Positions 39,532 through 49,866 of a DNA stretch of 64,000 bases are shown piece after piece (within the stretch, counting starts at the first letter, position 1; every line of letters begins with the position of its first letter). The stretch comes from a bacterium (lineage in GTDB: Bacteria > SAR324 > XYD2-FULL-50-16 > G965216635), in contig OZ244188.1 in NCBI GenBank assembly GCA_965216635.1, positions 128,001 through 192,000 of the forward strand, in the 5' to 3' direction. Both the position numbers and the translations under genes were made by a program. Under the pieces are notes generated by a model that was not told where the DNA came from, searched no databases, and saw only the letters and a list, made by a program, of their open reading frames with translations.

Positions 39532-40710
39532 ATGATATCTTCTCAAATCTCAGAATTTATTCAAAACTCTTCTTGGATTCGCAGAATGTTTGAGGCGGGA
39601 GACGAGATGAGAAAGAGCCTCGGAGAAGAAAATGTTTTTGATTTTTCTTTAGGCAATCCTTGCTTAAAGCCTCCTATAGAAGTGGTGAATGCCTGGATAA
39701 AACATCTACAAAAAAAAAATAGCCATAGCTATACTTCTAATGCAGGGCTTTGGGAAACTAGAGAATTTATTGCACAAAGATTAAAATGCGAGACTTCTCT
39801 TGATTTTACAGCGGATTTAATTACTCTTTGCTGTGGTGCTGGTGGGGGGTTGAATGTTGTTCTACATTCGCTTTTAAACTCGGAAGAAGAGGTTTTAGTT
39901 TCACGACCCTATTTCCCCGAATATTTTTTTTATGCATTCAATCACAGTGGGGTTTTAAAAACAGTCTCAAGCAAACAAAATTTCCAGTTAGATTTAGATA
40001 GTATTGAAAAAAGCTTGTCTAAAAAAACAAAAGTTTTTTTAATCAATTCTCCCAACAATCCTACAGGTGTAGTTTATCAAAAAGAAGATATTCAAAAATT
40101 GGGTTTGCTTTTAGAAAATTATACGCAAAAAAATGGCACATTCATTTACCTTGTATCCGATGAGCCTTATGCAAAAATTATTTACGACGGTGTAAAAAAT
40201 CCGTCAGTTTTTGATTGTTATCAAAATTCTATACGGGTAACTTCTCACTCCAAAGACCTTTCTTTAGCTGGAGAAAGAATAGGATATATAGCCTTGCATC
40301 CAGAAATCCAAGAAAAAGAAAAATTGGTAGAAGCCTGTGGTTTTTCCAATCGCACACTAGGTTTTGTGAATGCTCCAGCTACAATGCAAGCAATTTTACC
40401 AAAAATTTTTGATTTAGCACTAGATTTAGACTACTACCTTGCTTTGAGAAATCTCTTATACGACAGATTGACAAAAATAGGTTACAAAATGCAAAAACCA
40501 CAGGGAGCCTTTTACCTATTCCCAGAATCTTTAGAAAAAGATGATTTGTCTTTTATAAAAAAAGCACTAGAGTTTGGTATTCTTTTAGTTCCGGGATCTG
40601 GATTTGGAATGCCTTCACACTTTCGTTTGTCTTACGCTGTAGATAAATCTATGGCAGAAAGATCACTTTGTGCTTTTGAAGAACTGTTTAACTATTATAA
40701 GAAAAGGTGA
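39532..40710 (+). CDS. PLP-dependent class I/II aminotransferase (aspartate aminotransferase-like)
   Basis: NSPNNPTG, SDEPY and SKDLSLAGERIGY; true start lies after the tRNA. Confidence 0.92.
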   Translation: MISSQISEFIQNSSWIRRMFEAGDEMRKSLGEENVFDFSLGNPCLKPPIEVVNAWIKHLQKKNSHSYTSNAGLWETREFIAQRLKCETSLDFTADLITLCCGAGGGLNVVLHSLLNSEEEVLVSRPYFPEYFFYAFNHSGVLKTVSSKQNFQLDLDSIEKSLSKKTKVFLINSPNNPTGVVYQKEDIQKLGLLLENYTQKNGTFIYLVSDEPYAKIIYDGVKNPSVFDCYQNSIRVTSHSKDLSLAGERIGYIALHPEIQEKEKLVEACGFSNRTLGFVNAPATMQAILPKIFDLALDLDYYLALRNLLYDRLTKIGYKMQKPQGAFYLFPESLEKDDLSFIKKALEFGILLVPGSGFGMPSHFRLSYAVDKSMAERSLCAFEELFNYYKKR

Positions 40711-42272
40711 AAATATATCTATTTGATACTACTCTCAGGGATGGAACTCAAGGCGAGGATGTTTCTTTTAGTTTAGAAGACAAACTTAATATCGCAAAAG
40801 CCTTAGATAATTTTGGCATTCACTACATAGAAGCAGGTTGGCCCGGCTCTAATCCTAAAGATATTGAATTTTTTCAGAGAGCAAAAAAAATCAAATTTAA
40901 AAATGCTAAAATCACTGCTTTTGGCTCTACTAGAAAAGCGAATGTGGCTTGTGAAATGGATAACAATTTACAAGCTATTTTAGAAGTCCAACCAAAAGTA
41001 GCCTGTATTTTTGGGAAATCGTGGGATTTTCATGTCAAAACCGCACTCAGAACAAATTTAGAAGAAAATCTAAAAATGATTTCCAGTTCCATCCGCTATC
41101 TAAAGAAAAACCTCAAAGAAGTGATTTATGATGCAGAACATTTTTTTGATGGCTATAAAAATAATCCCGAATACGCTTTAAAAACGATCCAAGTAGCAGC
41201 TGATGCAGGTGCAGATTTTATCGTGCTTTGCGATACTAATGGAGGTGCTTTAAGTTGGGAAATAGAAAAAATTCTAAACGAAGCAAAAAACTATTGCAGT
41301 AAAAAAATAGGCATTCACGCCCACAACGATGGTGAAATGGCAGTAGCTAATAGTCTTGTAGCCTTGCGTAACGGGGCAGAGATGGTGCAAGGGACAATCA
41401 ACGGAATTGGAGAAAGATGCGGTAATGCAAACCTTATTAGTATTATAGCTAATTTACAACTGAAGATGGGATATAAAATTTTACCTGCGAAAAAAATAAC
41501 AACTTTAAGTAATTTAAGCCACTCTATAAGAGAATTTGCTAATTTGGACGAATGGAAAAATCAGCCTTTTGTCGGCAAAAGTGCTTTTGCCCATAAAGGA
41601 GGAATCCATGTTTCAGCTGTGCAAAAAAATGCAACAAGCTACGAGCATATAGAACCAGAACAAGTAGGCAATAGTAGACGCATTTTAGTGAGTGAGCTTA
41701 GTGGTATATCCAATATTCGTTGGAAAATTAAAGAACAAAATTTTAAAATAAACGAAAACGACCCCGAGCTAAAAAAAATTGTAAGCGAACTCAAAAAATC
41801 AGAAAATACAGGTTATTCTTATGAGGGAGCAGATGCTAGTTTGGAATTACTGACACTCCGTAGCAAAAAAATGCTTAAAGAATATTTTGTTTTGGAAGGC
41901 TACCAAGTTTATGACGGTAGGAGAAATCAAGAAAAAGATTCTTATACAGAAGCGAGTATAAAAATCAGTGTTAAAGAAAAAATTTTTCATACCGCAAGTA
42001 GTGGGGATGGACCTGTAGATGCCCTCAATAAATCTTTAAGAAAAGCTCTTAGCAATTTTTTTCCTCGTATACGCTCTGTTCATTTACAAGACTACAAGGT
42101 GCGGATTTTGGATAAAAATAAAGGCACTGCAGCACAGACTAGAGTTTTGATTACCTGTAGCGATGGCAAACAAAATTGGACAACAGTAGGCGTTGATAAA
42201 GATATTATCAGGGCTTCTTATATTGCTCTTACCGATTCTTACATCTACAAACTTTACAAAACAAAGGCTTAG
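40707..42272 (+). CDS. cimA: Citramalate synthase
   Basis: DTTLRDGTQ, GWPGSNPKD, YDAEHFFDG and AFAHKGGIHVSA. Confidence 0.92.
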   Translation: MKIYLFDTTLRDGTQGEDVSFSLEDKLNIAKALDNFGIHYIEAGWPGSNPKDIEFFQRAKKIKFKNAKITAFGSTRKANVACEMDNNLQAILEVQPKVACIFGKSWDFHVKTALRTNLEENLKMISSSIRYLKKNLKEVIYDAEHFFDGYKNNPEYALKTIQVAADAGADFIVLCDTNGGALSWEIEKILNEAKNYCSKKIGIHAHNDGEMAVANSLVALRNGAEMVQGTINGIGERCGNANLISIIANLQLKMGYKILPAKKITTLSNLSHSIREFANLDEWKNQPFVGKSAFAHKGGIHVSAVQKNATSYEHIEPEQVGNSRRILVSELSGISNIRWKIKEQNFKINENDPELKKIVSELKKSENTGYSYEGADASLELLTLRSKKMLKEYFVLEGYQVYDGRRNQEKDSYTEASIKISVKEKIFHTASSGDGPVDALNKSLRKALSNFFPRIRSVHLQDYKVRILDKNKGTAAQTRVLITCSDGKQNWTTVGVDKDIIRASYIALTDSYIYKLYKTKA

Positions 42273-42306
42273 TTTTGTATAAAAAAAGTAGATAGAGCAA
42301 AGATTT

Positions 42307-42624
42307 TTACATTTGCATATCTTTAATTTGTGCTAATTCAATATTAGCGCTTTCGTCTAATGGACATTTTTTTGCTATTTCAATAGCTTCTTCCATACTG
42401 TCTGCCTTAATAATAGTATAACCATTAACTGGATTACTTCCACCATCGTCTACTACTGACTTGTCGCCTTTCACAGTTTTGGAAGGACCTACTGGAGCTC
42501 CCGTATCATGAATAGCTTCACCTATAGATATGAACCAATCTTTCCACTGTTTCATTATTTTATCTCCTTCTTCTTTACTTTCTGGTTTTTTACCTCCGTG
42601 GTAAACGAATAGATATTTTGACAT
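42307..42624 (-). CDS. YciI/DGPF family protein
   Basis: GYTIIKADSMEEAIEIAKKCP. Confidence 0.8.
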   Translation of the reverse strand: MSKYLFVYHGGKKPESKEEGDKIMKQWKDWFISIGEAIHDTGAPVGPSKTVKGDKSVVDDGGSNPVNGYTIIKADSMEEAIEIAKKCPLDESANIELAQIKDMQM

Positions 42625-42764
42625 TTTATTTTTTGTTTATAATTTTTGTGATATTTACAGAGATTTTTTGCATTGATTTTAGTTCAAACAAAAACACTCA
42701 CTTTTCAGTAAAAAAACTATCAAAAAAAAATCTATTTTGCAATAGTATTTTTAATAAGTTCAGA

Positions 42765-43226
42765 TTAAAACTGATTTGGGGTTGTTTGGCGGAGAGCTTC
42801 AAAAGCTACAATAGCTACAGCACTAGAGAGGTTATAACTGCGAAGTCCTTTATTAAAGATGGGAATAGTATAACAACGAGCCTTATGCTCGCCTAGTATT
42901 TGTTTGCCTAAACCTGTAATTTCGCTTCCAAAAATCAAAAAATCGTCTTTTTGAAACTTTATGCGGGTATAAGGTTTGTTACTTTTTGTTGTTAGTAGAT
43001 AGTAATTTTTTCCCTTTAGATTTTTAAGATAAGTTGCGCTATCTTCAAAATAGCTATAATCCACTAAATGCCAATAGTCTAAGCCTGCTCTTTTTAGGTG
43101 CTTGTCTGTCAGCTCAAAACCCAGCTTACCTACTAAATGTAGACGAATATTAGTGCCAGCGCAAAGACGGGCAATATTACCAGTATTGGGAGGGATTTGG
43201 GGATTGATTAGGGTAATAGTCAACAT
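42765..43226 (-). CDS. trmL: tRNA (cytidine(34)-2'-O)-methyltransferase
   Basis: PQIPPNTGNIARLC, RAGLDYW and RSYNLS. Confidence 0.95.
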   Translation of the reverse strand: MLTITLINPQIPPNTGNIARLCAGTNIRLHLVGKLGFELTDKHLKRAGLDYWHLVDYSYFEDSATYLKNLKGKNYYLLTTKSNKPYTRIKFQKDDFLIFGSEITGLGKQILGEHKARCYTIPIFNKGLRSYNLSSAVAIVAFEALRQTTPNQF

Positions 43227-43254
43227 TACTATTTTTGGGAGTGTTATAATTTAG

Positions 43255-43292
43255 TATAGACTTTTGAATTTGCCAAATAGGACAAAACCAGC
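43255..43292. repeat. Truncated MITE end
   Basis: tatagacttttgaatttgccaaataggacaaaaccagc. Confidence 0.7.
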
Positions 43293-43566
43293 TATGACGT
43301 TTTGCTTCAAGCAAAATTCCCTGAAATACCAGCTCGCACTATAGCTACAGTTCTAAATAGAGAAGAAAAAAAAGAAGTAGCATGAAGTTAAGGTGGATTT
43401 AAAATAAAATGTTCAAGGAGTGAAAAAGGATTTAAAAGAAGGGTTTGCAAAAATAGATAAAGAAATCCAAAAACTTAAAACGGAGATTATTCTTATAAAA
43501 TGGACACTGGTCCTGGTTCTTGTAGCGGTGGTTATTCCTATTTTACAAAATATTTTTAGATTTTAG
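43293..43566 (+). pseudogene. Disrupted DUF1640-like coiled-coil/TM gene
   Basis: YDVLLQAKFPEIPARTIATVL..., frameshift, then EVKVDLK*NVQGVKKDLKEGFAKIDKEIQKLKTEIILIKWTLVLVLVAVVIPILQNIFRF*. Confidence 0.65.
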
Positions 43567-43671
43567 AGGCAGGTTTTTATTTTCTGATTTTTGAATTTGT
43601 CAATAAAAGGGCATCACAACAAACATATGCCCTATTATAATATCTAACTGCGAGGCACTTCTTTTTGTAAA

Positions 43672-44517
43672 TTATTCTTCACCCCTAATATGCAAAAATA
43701 CTGGAAAACGGGGTATTCCTTTTTTTGTAAAACCTTGATAACGAAAGGTCACGCGGCTTCCTAATGGCGGTGGATTTTTTCTTTGAGCATCACTCAAACC
43801 ACTGCCAATATAAAAAACAACACCATCGTCTCCTTGAACCTTGAGAGAGCCTACCATTTGGGAAAATTTTCCTTTTCCTTTTTTATAACCCAAAACTGTA
43901 GCTTCAGCGTCGTTATAAGGTTTCAGTTTTAGCAAATCTTGACTTCGTCCTTTTTTATAGAGTGCAGTTTTTTTGTGTAGCATCAAGCCTTCACCTCCTC
44001 TATCTATTGTATTTTTTAATTGCTGCATTAATTGAGCTTCATCTGCGACCTGATTTTGCTGGACGAGTTTCAAGTAGGCAGAGCTATTCGTTTTTACTAT
44101 TTTTCTCATTTGCTTTAGTCTTGTATCAAAAATCCCTGAATTTTTCGGCGAATCAAAAATCCAAAAAGCGATTTCTTGCCAGCCTTTGTGAGGTTTGTCT
44201 TGGCTAACGACAGAAAAAATGTCTTCGTATTTTTTATTTACTGCCCATAATTCTCCGTCTAGAGCTATTTTTGGAAATAATGCAGTGAACCAAATCGGTG
44301 CATCAAAAACTTTACCTCCTCGTGAAATAAGCTGTTTTCCATCCCAATGAGCCCTCACTCCATCTAGTTTTTCGCTGACCCAATATTGAGTAACATCAAT
44401 GTTCTCAGAATAGATTTTTGCTAACATTAAATCGGGAGATTTTTCTTTTTTACTAAAAGAAGAAAAAGTAAAAAAGAATAGTAGCAAGCAACTATAGAAA
44501 AAAATTTGTTTAATCAT
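43672..44517 (-). CDS. Minimal ATP-dependent DNA ligase with signal peptide (Lig E-like)
   Basis: SEKLDGVR, LDGELW, EGLM, LLKLKP and PRFP; hydrophobic N-terminus. Confidence 0.9.
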   Translation of the reverse strand: MIKQIFFYSCLLLFFFTFSSFSKKEKSPDLMLAKIYSENIDVTQYWVSEKLDGVRAHWDGKQLISRGGKVFDAPIWFTALFPKIALDGELWAVNKKYEDIFSVVSQDKPHKGWQEIAFWIFDSPKNSGIFDTRLKQMRKIVKTNSSAYLKLVQQNQVADEAQLMQQLKNTIDRGGEGLMLHKKTALYKKGRSQDLLKLKPYNDAEATVLGYKKGKGKFSQMVGSLKVQGDDGVVFYIGSGLSDAQRKNPPPLGSRVTFRYQGFTKKGIPRFPVFLHIRGEE

Positions 44518-44544
44518 TTTTTATGAAAGGTAATGTGAAAATTT

Positions 44545-44631
44545 TTATTTAAAATAATATTTCAACTCTGATAGTGGGATTTGCCCATTTACAAAGTTCA
44601 TTGAAGTTTGTTCTCGGGTGCTTAAGTCTTT
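44545..44631 (-). repeat. Orphan alternative hisS 3' end (diverged direct repeat)
   Basis: Encodes KDLSTREQTSMNFVNGQIPLSELKYYFK*, versus hisS KDLSTREQTSIDFVNGQISLAKLENYFS*. Confidence 0.9.
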
Positions 44632-44632
44632 A

Positions 44633-46285
44633 CTACTCTATTCGCCAAGTTTTGACTGCGATTTCAGCTAATTTTACTTGTCTAGAATTGATTTCTGCAA
44701 GTTTCCATTCTGTATAATTTTCAATATTACGATTGATAGAATATTTACTTTTAAGCAGGATCTTTTTTTTTTTTTCAAAGTCTTCTTGACCTGGATTTTC
44801 TTTGCTTGGTAATAAAGCCATATTGCCTAATCTTTGATTGCATTGCCCCCAATCATTTCCAAAATAATCTATCCATTCTTCTTGTGGGTTAAGAGGCAAA
44901 ATATGCTCTACTGTTAGATCTGTTTCACTAATGTTTTTTTTACTCTCAAATTCTTCTAATCTTGCCAATAGATAGCAAGCTCTCTTATTAGATTTTTTTG
45001 TAGGCATTACCTTTTCCTCAAAGTTCTGCTTAAAAATTTTATCGTTTGGATAAAGTGTTAATAATTTTTCTTTTACAGCATCAATTTTACAGCCTTTGGT
45101 AATAGCAACACAAATATCATTATAAAGAATTTCTTGTTCACCTGAATGTCCTCGACCAATTATATTGTAGCGTAAAGATAAAACACAAACCCATTCCAAG
45201 ATAATGTGAAAATCCTGTTTAAATTTCAAATAGCTTGCAAGTAATAGACTAATAGGCTTGCGAACACCAAATAAATGTAAGAATGAAATATTTTTTTTAA
45301 TCTTTCCAACTTGTTGATTAATCTTGTAGTCTTTCCAAAACTCACTATTTTCACTTACTAAAGCTCCATATAGATAACAGTCTGCAACAAGTTTATTGAG
45401 ATATTCATCCGACTGTTCTTTTTGCTGGATTTCTTGCCTGATGGCTCTAAATAGATGATTTTGACGCACCAGTTTATGATGATTATTCCAGTGAGCTAAT
45501 ATATATTCTGTATAGCTTTTTCCCGAAATATTTGCTCCTATTTTTTCCCATTTTTCATCCCATTCGTCCAAAATATTATCAGGGGTATCCCCCTCATCAT
45601 CAATTTTAGAAAATAGATAATTTTTTAATAAATCAGCAGAGGAAAGTTTTACCCCTCTTGCGTTGAGAGTTTCAAATATCTTGTAAGCATTAAGTTCATC
45701 TCCTATGTAAAGTGTTGTAAAAAACATTCTATTTGTCATTTTATTAACTAGACTGCTAATTTTTTCTCCTTCACTAATAGCAGCAAATTTTTCACTAAAA
45801 AAATCTATTGATTTTCTCATCAAACTCACAGTTTCTTTTACATTTCGTCTGGGGATTTCGTTTTCGTCTACTGCACTGCGGTAGTGATAATCATTATTAC
45901 GATTGAGCTTTAGTTTGTTTTCTACACGTAAATAGACTAAATCTTTCGTACCAATAAAGTTTTTTAGTAGCTCGTCTGCTCGTTCTTTGTCATCGATTTT
46001 TTTCAGTCTTTTAATGGCTGCTAAAATCAATAAAGAAAAGGTAGTTAATCGCTGTTGCCCATCAATCACTTTGTAGAAACGTTCTTCTGTTTCTTCTAAT
46101 ACAAGATAGCCCATATAATGATACTCTTCTTCAGAATTAACAAGCTCTATATCTTCCCATAAATCTCTCCAATGTTCATTTTCCCAAGAATAGTCTCTTT
46201 GAAATTTTGGAACTAAGTATTTTTTACCATTGCCAAATATATCTCTCAGACTCTCATCTTTAGGATTAACTATTACTTTTGGCAT
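44633..46285 (-). CDS. DUF262-DUF1524 (GmrSD/SspE-like) HNH nuclease, putative defence protein
   Basis: VPKFQRDYSW, IDGQQRLTT, FETLNARG, EHILP and RLGNMALL. Confidence 0.9.
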   Translation of the reverse strand: MPKVIVNPKDESLRDIFGNGKKYLVPKFQRDYSWENEHWRDLWEDIELVNSEEEYHYMGYLVLEETEERFYKVIDGQQRLTTFSLLILAAIKRLKKIDDKERADELLKNFIGTKDLVYLRVENKLKLNRNNDYHYRSAVDENEIPRRNVKETVSLMRKSIDFFSEKFAAISEGEKISSLVNKMTNRMFFTTLYIGDELNAYKIFETLNARGVKLSSADLLKNYLFSKIDDEGDTPDNILDEWDEKWEKIGANISGKSYTEYILAHWNNHHKLVRQNHLFRAIRQEIQQKEQSDEYLNKLVADCYLYGALVSENSEFWKDYKINQQVGKIKKNISFLHLFGVRKPISLLLASYLKFKQDFHIILEWVCVLSLRYNIIGRGHSGEQEILYNDICVAITKGCKIDAVKEKLLTLYPNDKIFKQNFEEKVMPTKKSNKRACYLLARLEEFESKKNISETDLTVEHILPLNPQEEWIDYFGNDWGQCNQRLGNMALLPSKENPGQEDFEKKKKILLKSKYSINRNIENYTEWKLAEINSRQVKLAEIAVKTWRIE

Positions 46286-46354
46286 TTTAATTTTTAATAC
46301 TGTTTTTAGTTAAAAACTTTTTATTGTTAGATAATATCAATTTCACAATAATAC

Positions 46355-47728
46355 TCAAGAAAAATAATTTTCTAGTTTGGCGAGAGAGATTTGCCCATTT
46401 ACAAAATCTATTGAAGTTTGTTCTCGGGTGCTTAAGTCTTTAATGCTGATAGTTTTTTTTTGTTTTTCTTCTTCTCCATAAAGCAGAACCCAACGAATTT
46501 TTTTTTTTTCGGCGTAGCTAAGTTGGTTTTTTATTTTTTTATCTTCTAAATAGTGTTCTACAGCTATACCGATTTTTCTAATTTTTTCTGCTATTAAAAA
46601 GTTTTCGGCTAGGTAATCTTCTCCCATAAAAGTAATCAGCAATTTATTTTCTGCTTGTTCTTCTTTTGGGGTGTTTTTTTCAGCGTTCAGAACAGCATCA
46701 AAAAGACGTGATAAGCCTACTGATAAGCCTATACCCGGTAGTTTTTTGTTGATAAACTGGCTTGCTAAATTATCATATCTTCCTCCACTACAAACAGAAC
46801 CTAATTGAGAATAATTGTCTAATTCTGTCTCAAAAACAATTCCAGTGTAATAGTCTAGCCCTCTAGCTAATTGAGGATTAAACCAAAAAATATTTTTATA
46901 ACCTGGATTATCTTCTAATATTTGAAAGGTTTGCTTCATTTCTTGGATTGCATTTTGGTAATTTGGTCCGAATGGAAATTGTGTTGCGAACTTATCTAGA
47001 CGATCTATGCTCTTATCTCCTACTGTTTCATCTAAAAAATTTAAAAATTGAAAAAATTCTTCTTTTTTGATTCCACTAAAATATTGCTCTAGCCTAGCAT
47101 CAAAATTATTTCTAGGATTTGTCTGTAAACTGGTTAGGTATTTATCAATTCGGCGGACTAGTTCTGCTAGCTCTTGTTCGTTTCTACAATTACTATAATA
47201 CTTTAGATAACCTCGTAGAATTTCACGGTGGTTAATATAAATTCTAAATTCTCCTAAACCTAATGATTTAAAAATACTTGCCACTAAAAACAAAATTTCT
47301 ACGCTATGATAATGCGAAAGATTTTCTTGATTAATAATATCAAAATCGCACTGGTAAAATTGGCGGTATCTTCCTTTTTGAGCTCGTTCTCCTCTCCAAA
47401 CAGGTTGGATTTGATAGCGACGGAAAGGAAATGTTAAGTTATGAAAGTGGGTTGCGACATAGCGAGCTAAAGGCACAGTCAAATCAAATCGTAAGCCTAA
47501 ATCTTTGCTGCCTTCGTCTTCGGATTGCACTCGTCTTAAACCATAAATTTCTTTGGAGTTACCACCTTTTTGGAGTAAAGTTGTTAGTCTTTCTACAGCT
47601 GGAGTTTCTATAGGATCTGCTCCATAGGATGCAAAAATATTTTTTATTTTATCTATTATGTTTTGGAAAGCTTTCTGTTGTTGCGGTAAAAACTCGGGAA
47701 AGCCTGATATATTTTTGGAAGATACCAC
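46355..47728 (-). CDS. hisS: Histidine--tRNA ligase
   Basis: LRFDLTVPLARY, GRYRQFYQCDFD, RGLDYYTG and GGRYD. Confidence 0.97.
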   Translation of the reverse strand: MVSSKNISGFPEFLPQQQKAFQNIIDKIKNIFASYGADPIETPAVERLTTLLQKGGNSKEIYGLRRVQSEDEGSKDLGLRFDLTVPLARYVATHFHNLTFPFRRYQIQPVWRGERAQKGRYRQFYQCDFDIINQENLSHYHSVEILFLVASIFKSLGLGEFRIYINHREILRGYLKYYSNCRNEQELAELVRRIDKYLTSLQTNPRNNFDARLEQYFSGIKKEEFFQFLNFLDETVGDKSIDRLDKFATQFPFGPNYQNAIQEMKQTFQILEDNPGYKNIFWFNPQLARGLDYYTGIVFETELDNYSQLGSVCSGGRYDNLASQFINKKLPGIGLSVGLSRLFDAVLNAEKNTPKEEQAENKLLITFMGEDYLAENFLIAEKIRKIGIAVEHYLEDKKIKNQLSYAEKKKIRWVLLYGEEEKQKKTISIKDLSTREQTSIDFVNGQISLAKLENYFS

Positions 47729-47731
47729 AGG

Positions 47732-48616
47732 TTAAGAGGTGATTCTTTTTTGGCGAAGATTTTCTATGAGAGCAGAAGTGTCCCATTTTTGCTTGCCGTC
47801 TTCTTCTAATAAAGCGTAATATTTATCTACAAGACTAGTGACAGGTAAAGCTATGTTTTTTTCTTGTGCTTCGTTTAAACAAATGGCTAAATCTTTTCTC
47901 ATCCATTTCAAAGCAAAACCAAAATCAAATTTTCCTTCTATCATAGTATCCGCTCTATTTTCCATTTGCCAAGAACTTGCAGCCCCTTTGTTAATAGTGG
48001 ACATGATTTTTTTTATATTGATACCAGATTTTTCGCCAAAGTAAATAGCTTCGGACAACCCTTGCAGTAATCCAGCAATGCAAATTTGGTTGACCATTTT
48101 TGCTAGCTGTCCGTGTCCAGCAGGACCTATAAGTTCTGCTTTTTGAGAATAACATTGAAAGCATGGTTTTGCTTTATTAAAAGCAGTTTCGTTTCCTCCC
48201 ACCATAATTGTAAGGATTCCTTTTTCAGCACCTAGTTGTCCCCCAGATACTGGAGCATCCAAAAAATCAATATTTTTTTCTTGGCAATTTTTTTCTAATT
48301 GTTGGGCTAATTTTGCAGAAGCAGTGGTGTGATCTATGAGTAAGCTTCCTTCTTTCATTGCGTTCAAAACTCCTGTTTCACCTCCCACGACAGAGAGAAC
48401 ATCATCATCGTTGCCGACACACAACATTACAAAATCTGCATCTTTAGCAGCTATAGCAGGAGTATCTTTTGCTTCGCCTGAGTGTTTTTTTAGCCATAAT
48501 TGGGATTTTTCTGCGGTGCGGTTAAAAACAGTGACTTCGTAGCCCGCGTCTGCTAAGTGTCCTGCCATAGAAAAACCCATTACACCTAAACCGATAAAAC
48601 AAACTTTTGCTTTCAT
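47732..48616 (-). CDS. NAD(P)-dependent beta-hydroxyacid dehydrogenase (3-hydroxyisobutyrate dehydrogenase family)
   Basis: FIGLGVMG, DAPVSGG and KMVNQI. Confidence 0.92.
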   Translation of the reverse strand: MKAKVCFIGLGVMGFSMAGHLADAGYEVTVFNRTAEKSQLWLKKHSGEAKDTPAIAAKDADFVMLCVGNDDDVLSVVGGETGVLNAMKEGSLLIDHTTASAKLAQQLEKNCQEKNIDFLDAPVSGGQLGAEKGILTIMVGGNETAFNKAKPCFQCYSQKAELIGPAGHGQLAKMVNQICIAGLLQGLSEAIYFGEKSGINIKKIMSTINKGAASSWQMENRADTMIEGKFDFGFALKWMRKDLAICLNEAQEKNIALPVTSLVDKYYALLEEDGKQKWDTSALIENLRQKRITS

Positions 48617-48644
48617 TTTAGAGAATGTGAGGTTGAAAATAAAA

Positions 48645-48905
48645 TTAGGCTGATTGTTGAGGCAGTATATTTACTAATTTCTTATTATTGCTGCTGTGGA
48701 ATTTTACTACACCTTCTGATTTTGCAAAGAGAGTAAAATCTCTGCCTGTGCCGACATTGTCGCCTGCATAAAATTTATTACCTACTTGACGCACTAAAAT
48801 AGTTCCAGATGATACTAGTTGACCGTCAAATTTTTTTACACCTCTGAATTTAGGTTTAGAGTCCCTACCATTTCTGGTGCTGCCTTGTCCTTTTTTATGT
48901 GCCAT
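48645..48905 (-). CDS. rpmA: 50S ribosomal protein L27
   Basis: [16 protein letters not shown]. Confidence 0.98.
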   Translation of the reverse strand: MAHKKGQGSTRNGRDSKPKFRGVKKFDGQLVSSGTILVRQVGNKFYAGDNVGTGRDFTLFAKSEGVVKFHSSNNKKLVNILPQQSA

Positions 48906-48960
48906 AATTTTTTAATTTAAAAAATTTGGGAATTATACGCTTAAAAAACCATTGTCTATT

Positions 48961-49155
48961 TTATTTATAAACATTGATTTTTGAAAATGCGTGTTTTAAA
49001 ACTTTATCAATCTGTATAATTTTTTCTTTTCCTATCTCTTTTTCTGCTTTTTCTCTTTCCTTTGTAGTTAAGTGAGAACTGGCTTTTTCATAAGGGGACA
49101 TATTACAAATGTCCTTTATTTCAATCCCCTTATTTTTAACTTCTGTTTTTATCAT
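48961..49155 (-). CDS. Small hypothetical protein
   Basis: 64-aa ORF starting 2 bp after the lipoprotein stop. Confidence 0.45.
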   Translation of the reverse strand: MIKTEVKNKGIEIKDICNMSPYEKASSHLTTKEREKAEKEIGKEKIIQIDKVLKHAFSKINVYK

Positions 49156-49157
49156 TA

Positions 49158-49811
49158 TTAGTTAAAAATCCAATCTGCTAGTGATTTGTATTCTAATTCT
49201 GAACCTTCTATTTTAAAATAAGTTATATTAAAATTTTGTCCATCTTTATCTATTGTAAATTGAATTTTAGTCGGTTGTCCCTCTGCGATATAATATTTAT
49301 TTCTATAAGCAACTGCAGCAGAAAGTAATATAGAACTTGCATACTTACCCTCGGATTTAAAACTATTAGGTCTCTCCTCAGTACAAGTATTAAATAATAT
49401 AACGGTAAGATATTCCACTGGAGCGTCATAATCAAAATCATATCCCCGAACAATGCCTTTAGTATCACAACTACTAATATACTTCCCCAAAACAAGAACA
49501 TCATTCATATTTTTAAGGTTATATTTCTCTTTTTCTGTCTTACTGCTAATACTTATTTTTTCATCAAAATATCTTTTATCCAAATCTTTACCAACCTTCC
49601 CTTGAAATTCTACTATAGTTTTTTGTTTTTTGGTTTTGAATGTAGTCCATTTTCCATCAGTAAAACTAGATTCCAATGCATCACCAATAGCAACCGAAGG
49701 ATAAGACTCTAAAACACCAGTTTTGACTAATTTAATAGGACTTTCTTTACAACCAACTAACAGCAAAGCAAAACAAACCAGAGCAATAACTCTGTACATA
49801 ATTTTATTCAT
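49158..49811 (-). CDS. Putative lipoprotein
   Basis: Signal peptide with lipobox LLVGC. Confidence 0.75.
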   Translation of the reverse strand: MNKIMYRVIALVCFALLLVGCKESPIKLVKTGVLESYPSVAIGDALESSFTDGKWTTFKTKKQKTIVEFQGKVGKDLDKRYFDEKISISSKTEKEKYNLKNMNDVLVLGKYISSCDTKGIVRGYDFDYDAPVEYLTVILFNTCTEERPNSFKSEGKYASSILLSAAVAYRNKYYIAEGQPTKIQFTIDKDGQNFNITYFKIEGSELEYKSLADWIFN

Positions 49812-49866
49812 AAGTAATATAAGTTAAGTTAAGATTTTTAGTTTTTTTCATTTTTTTATGAATAAA

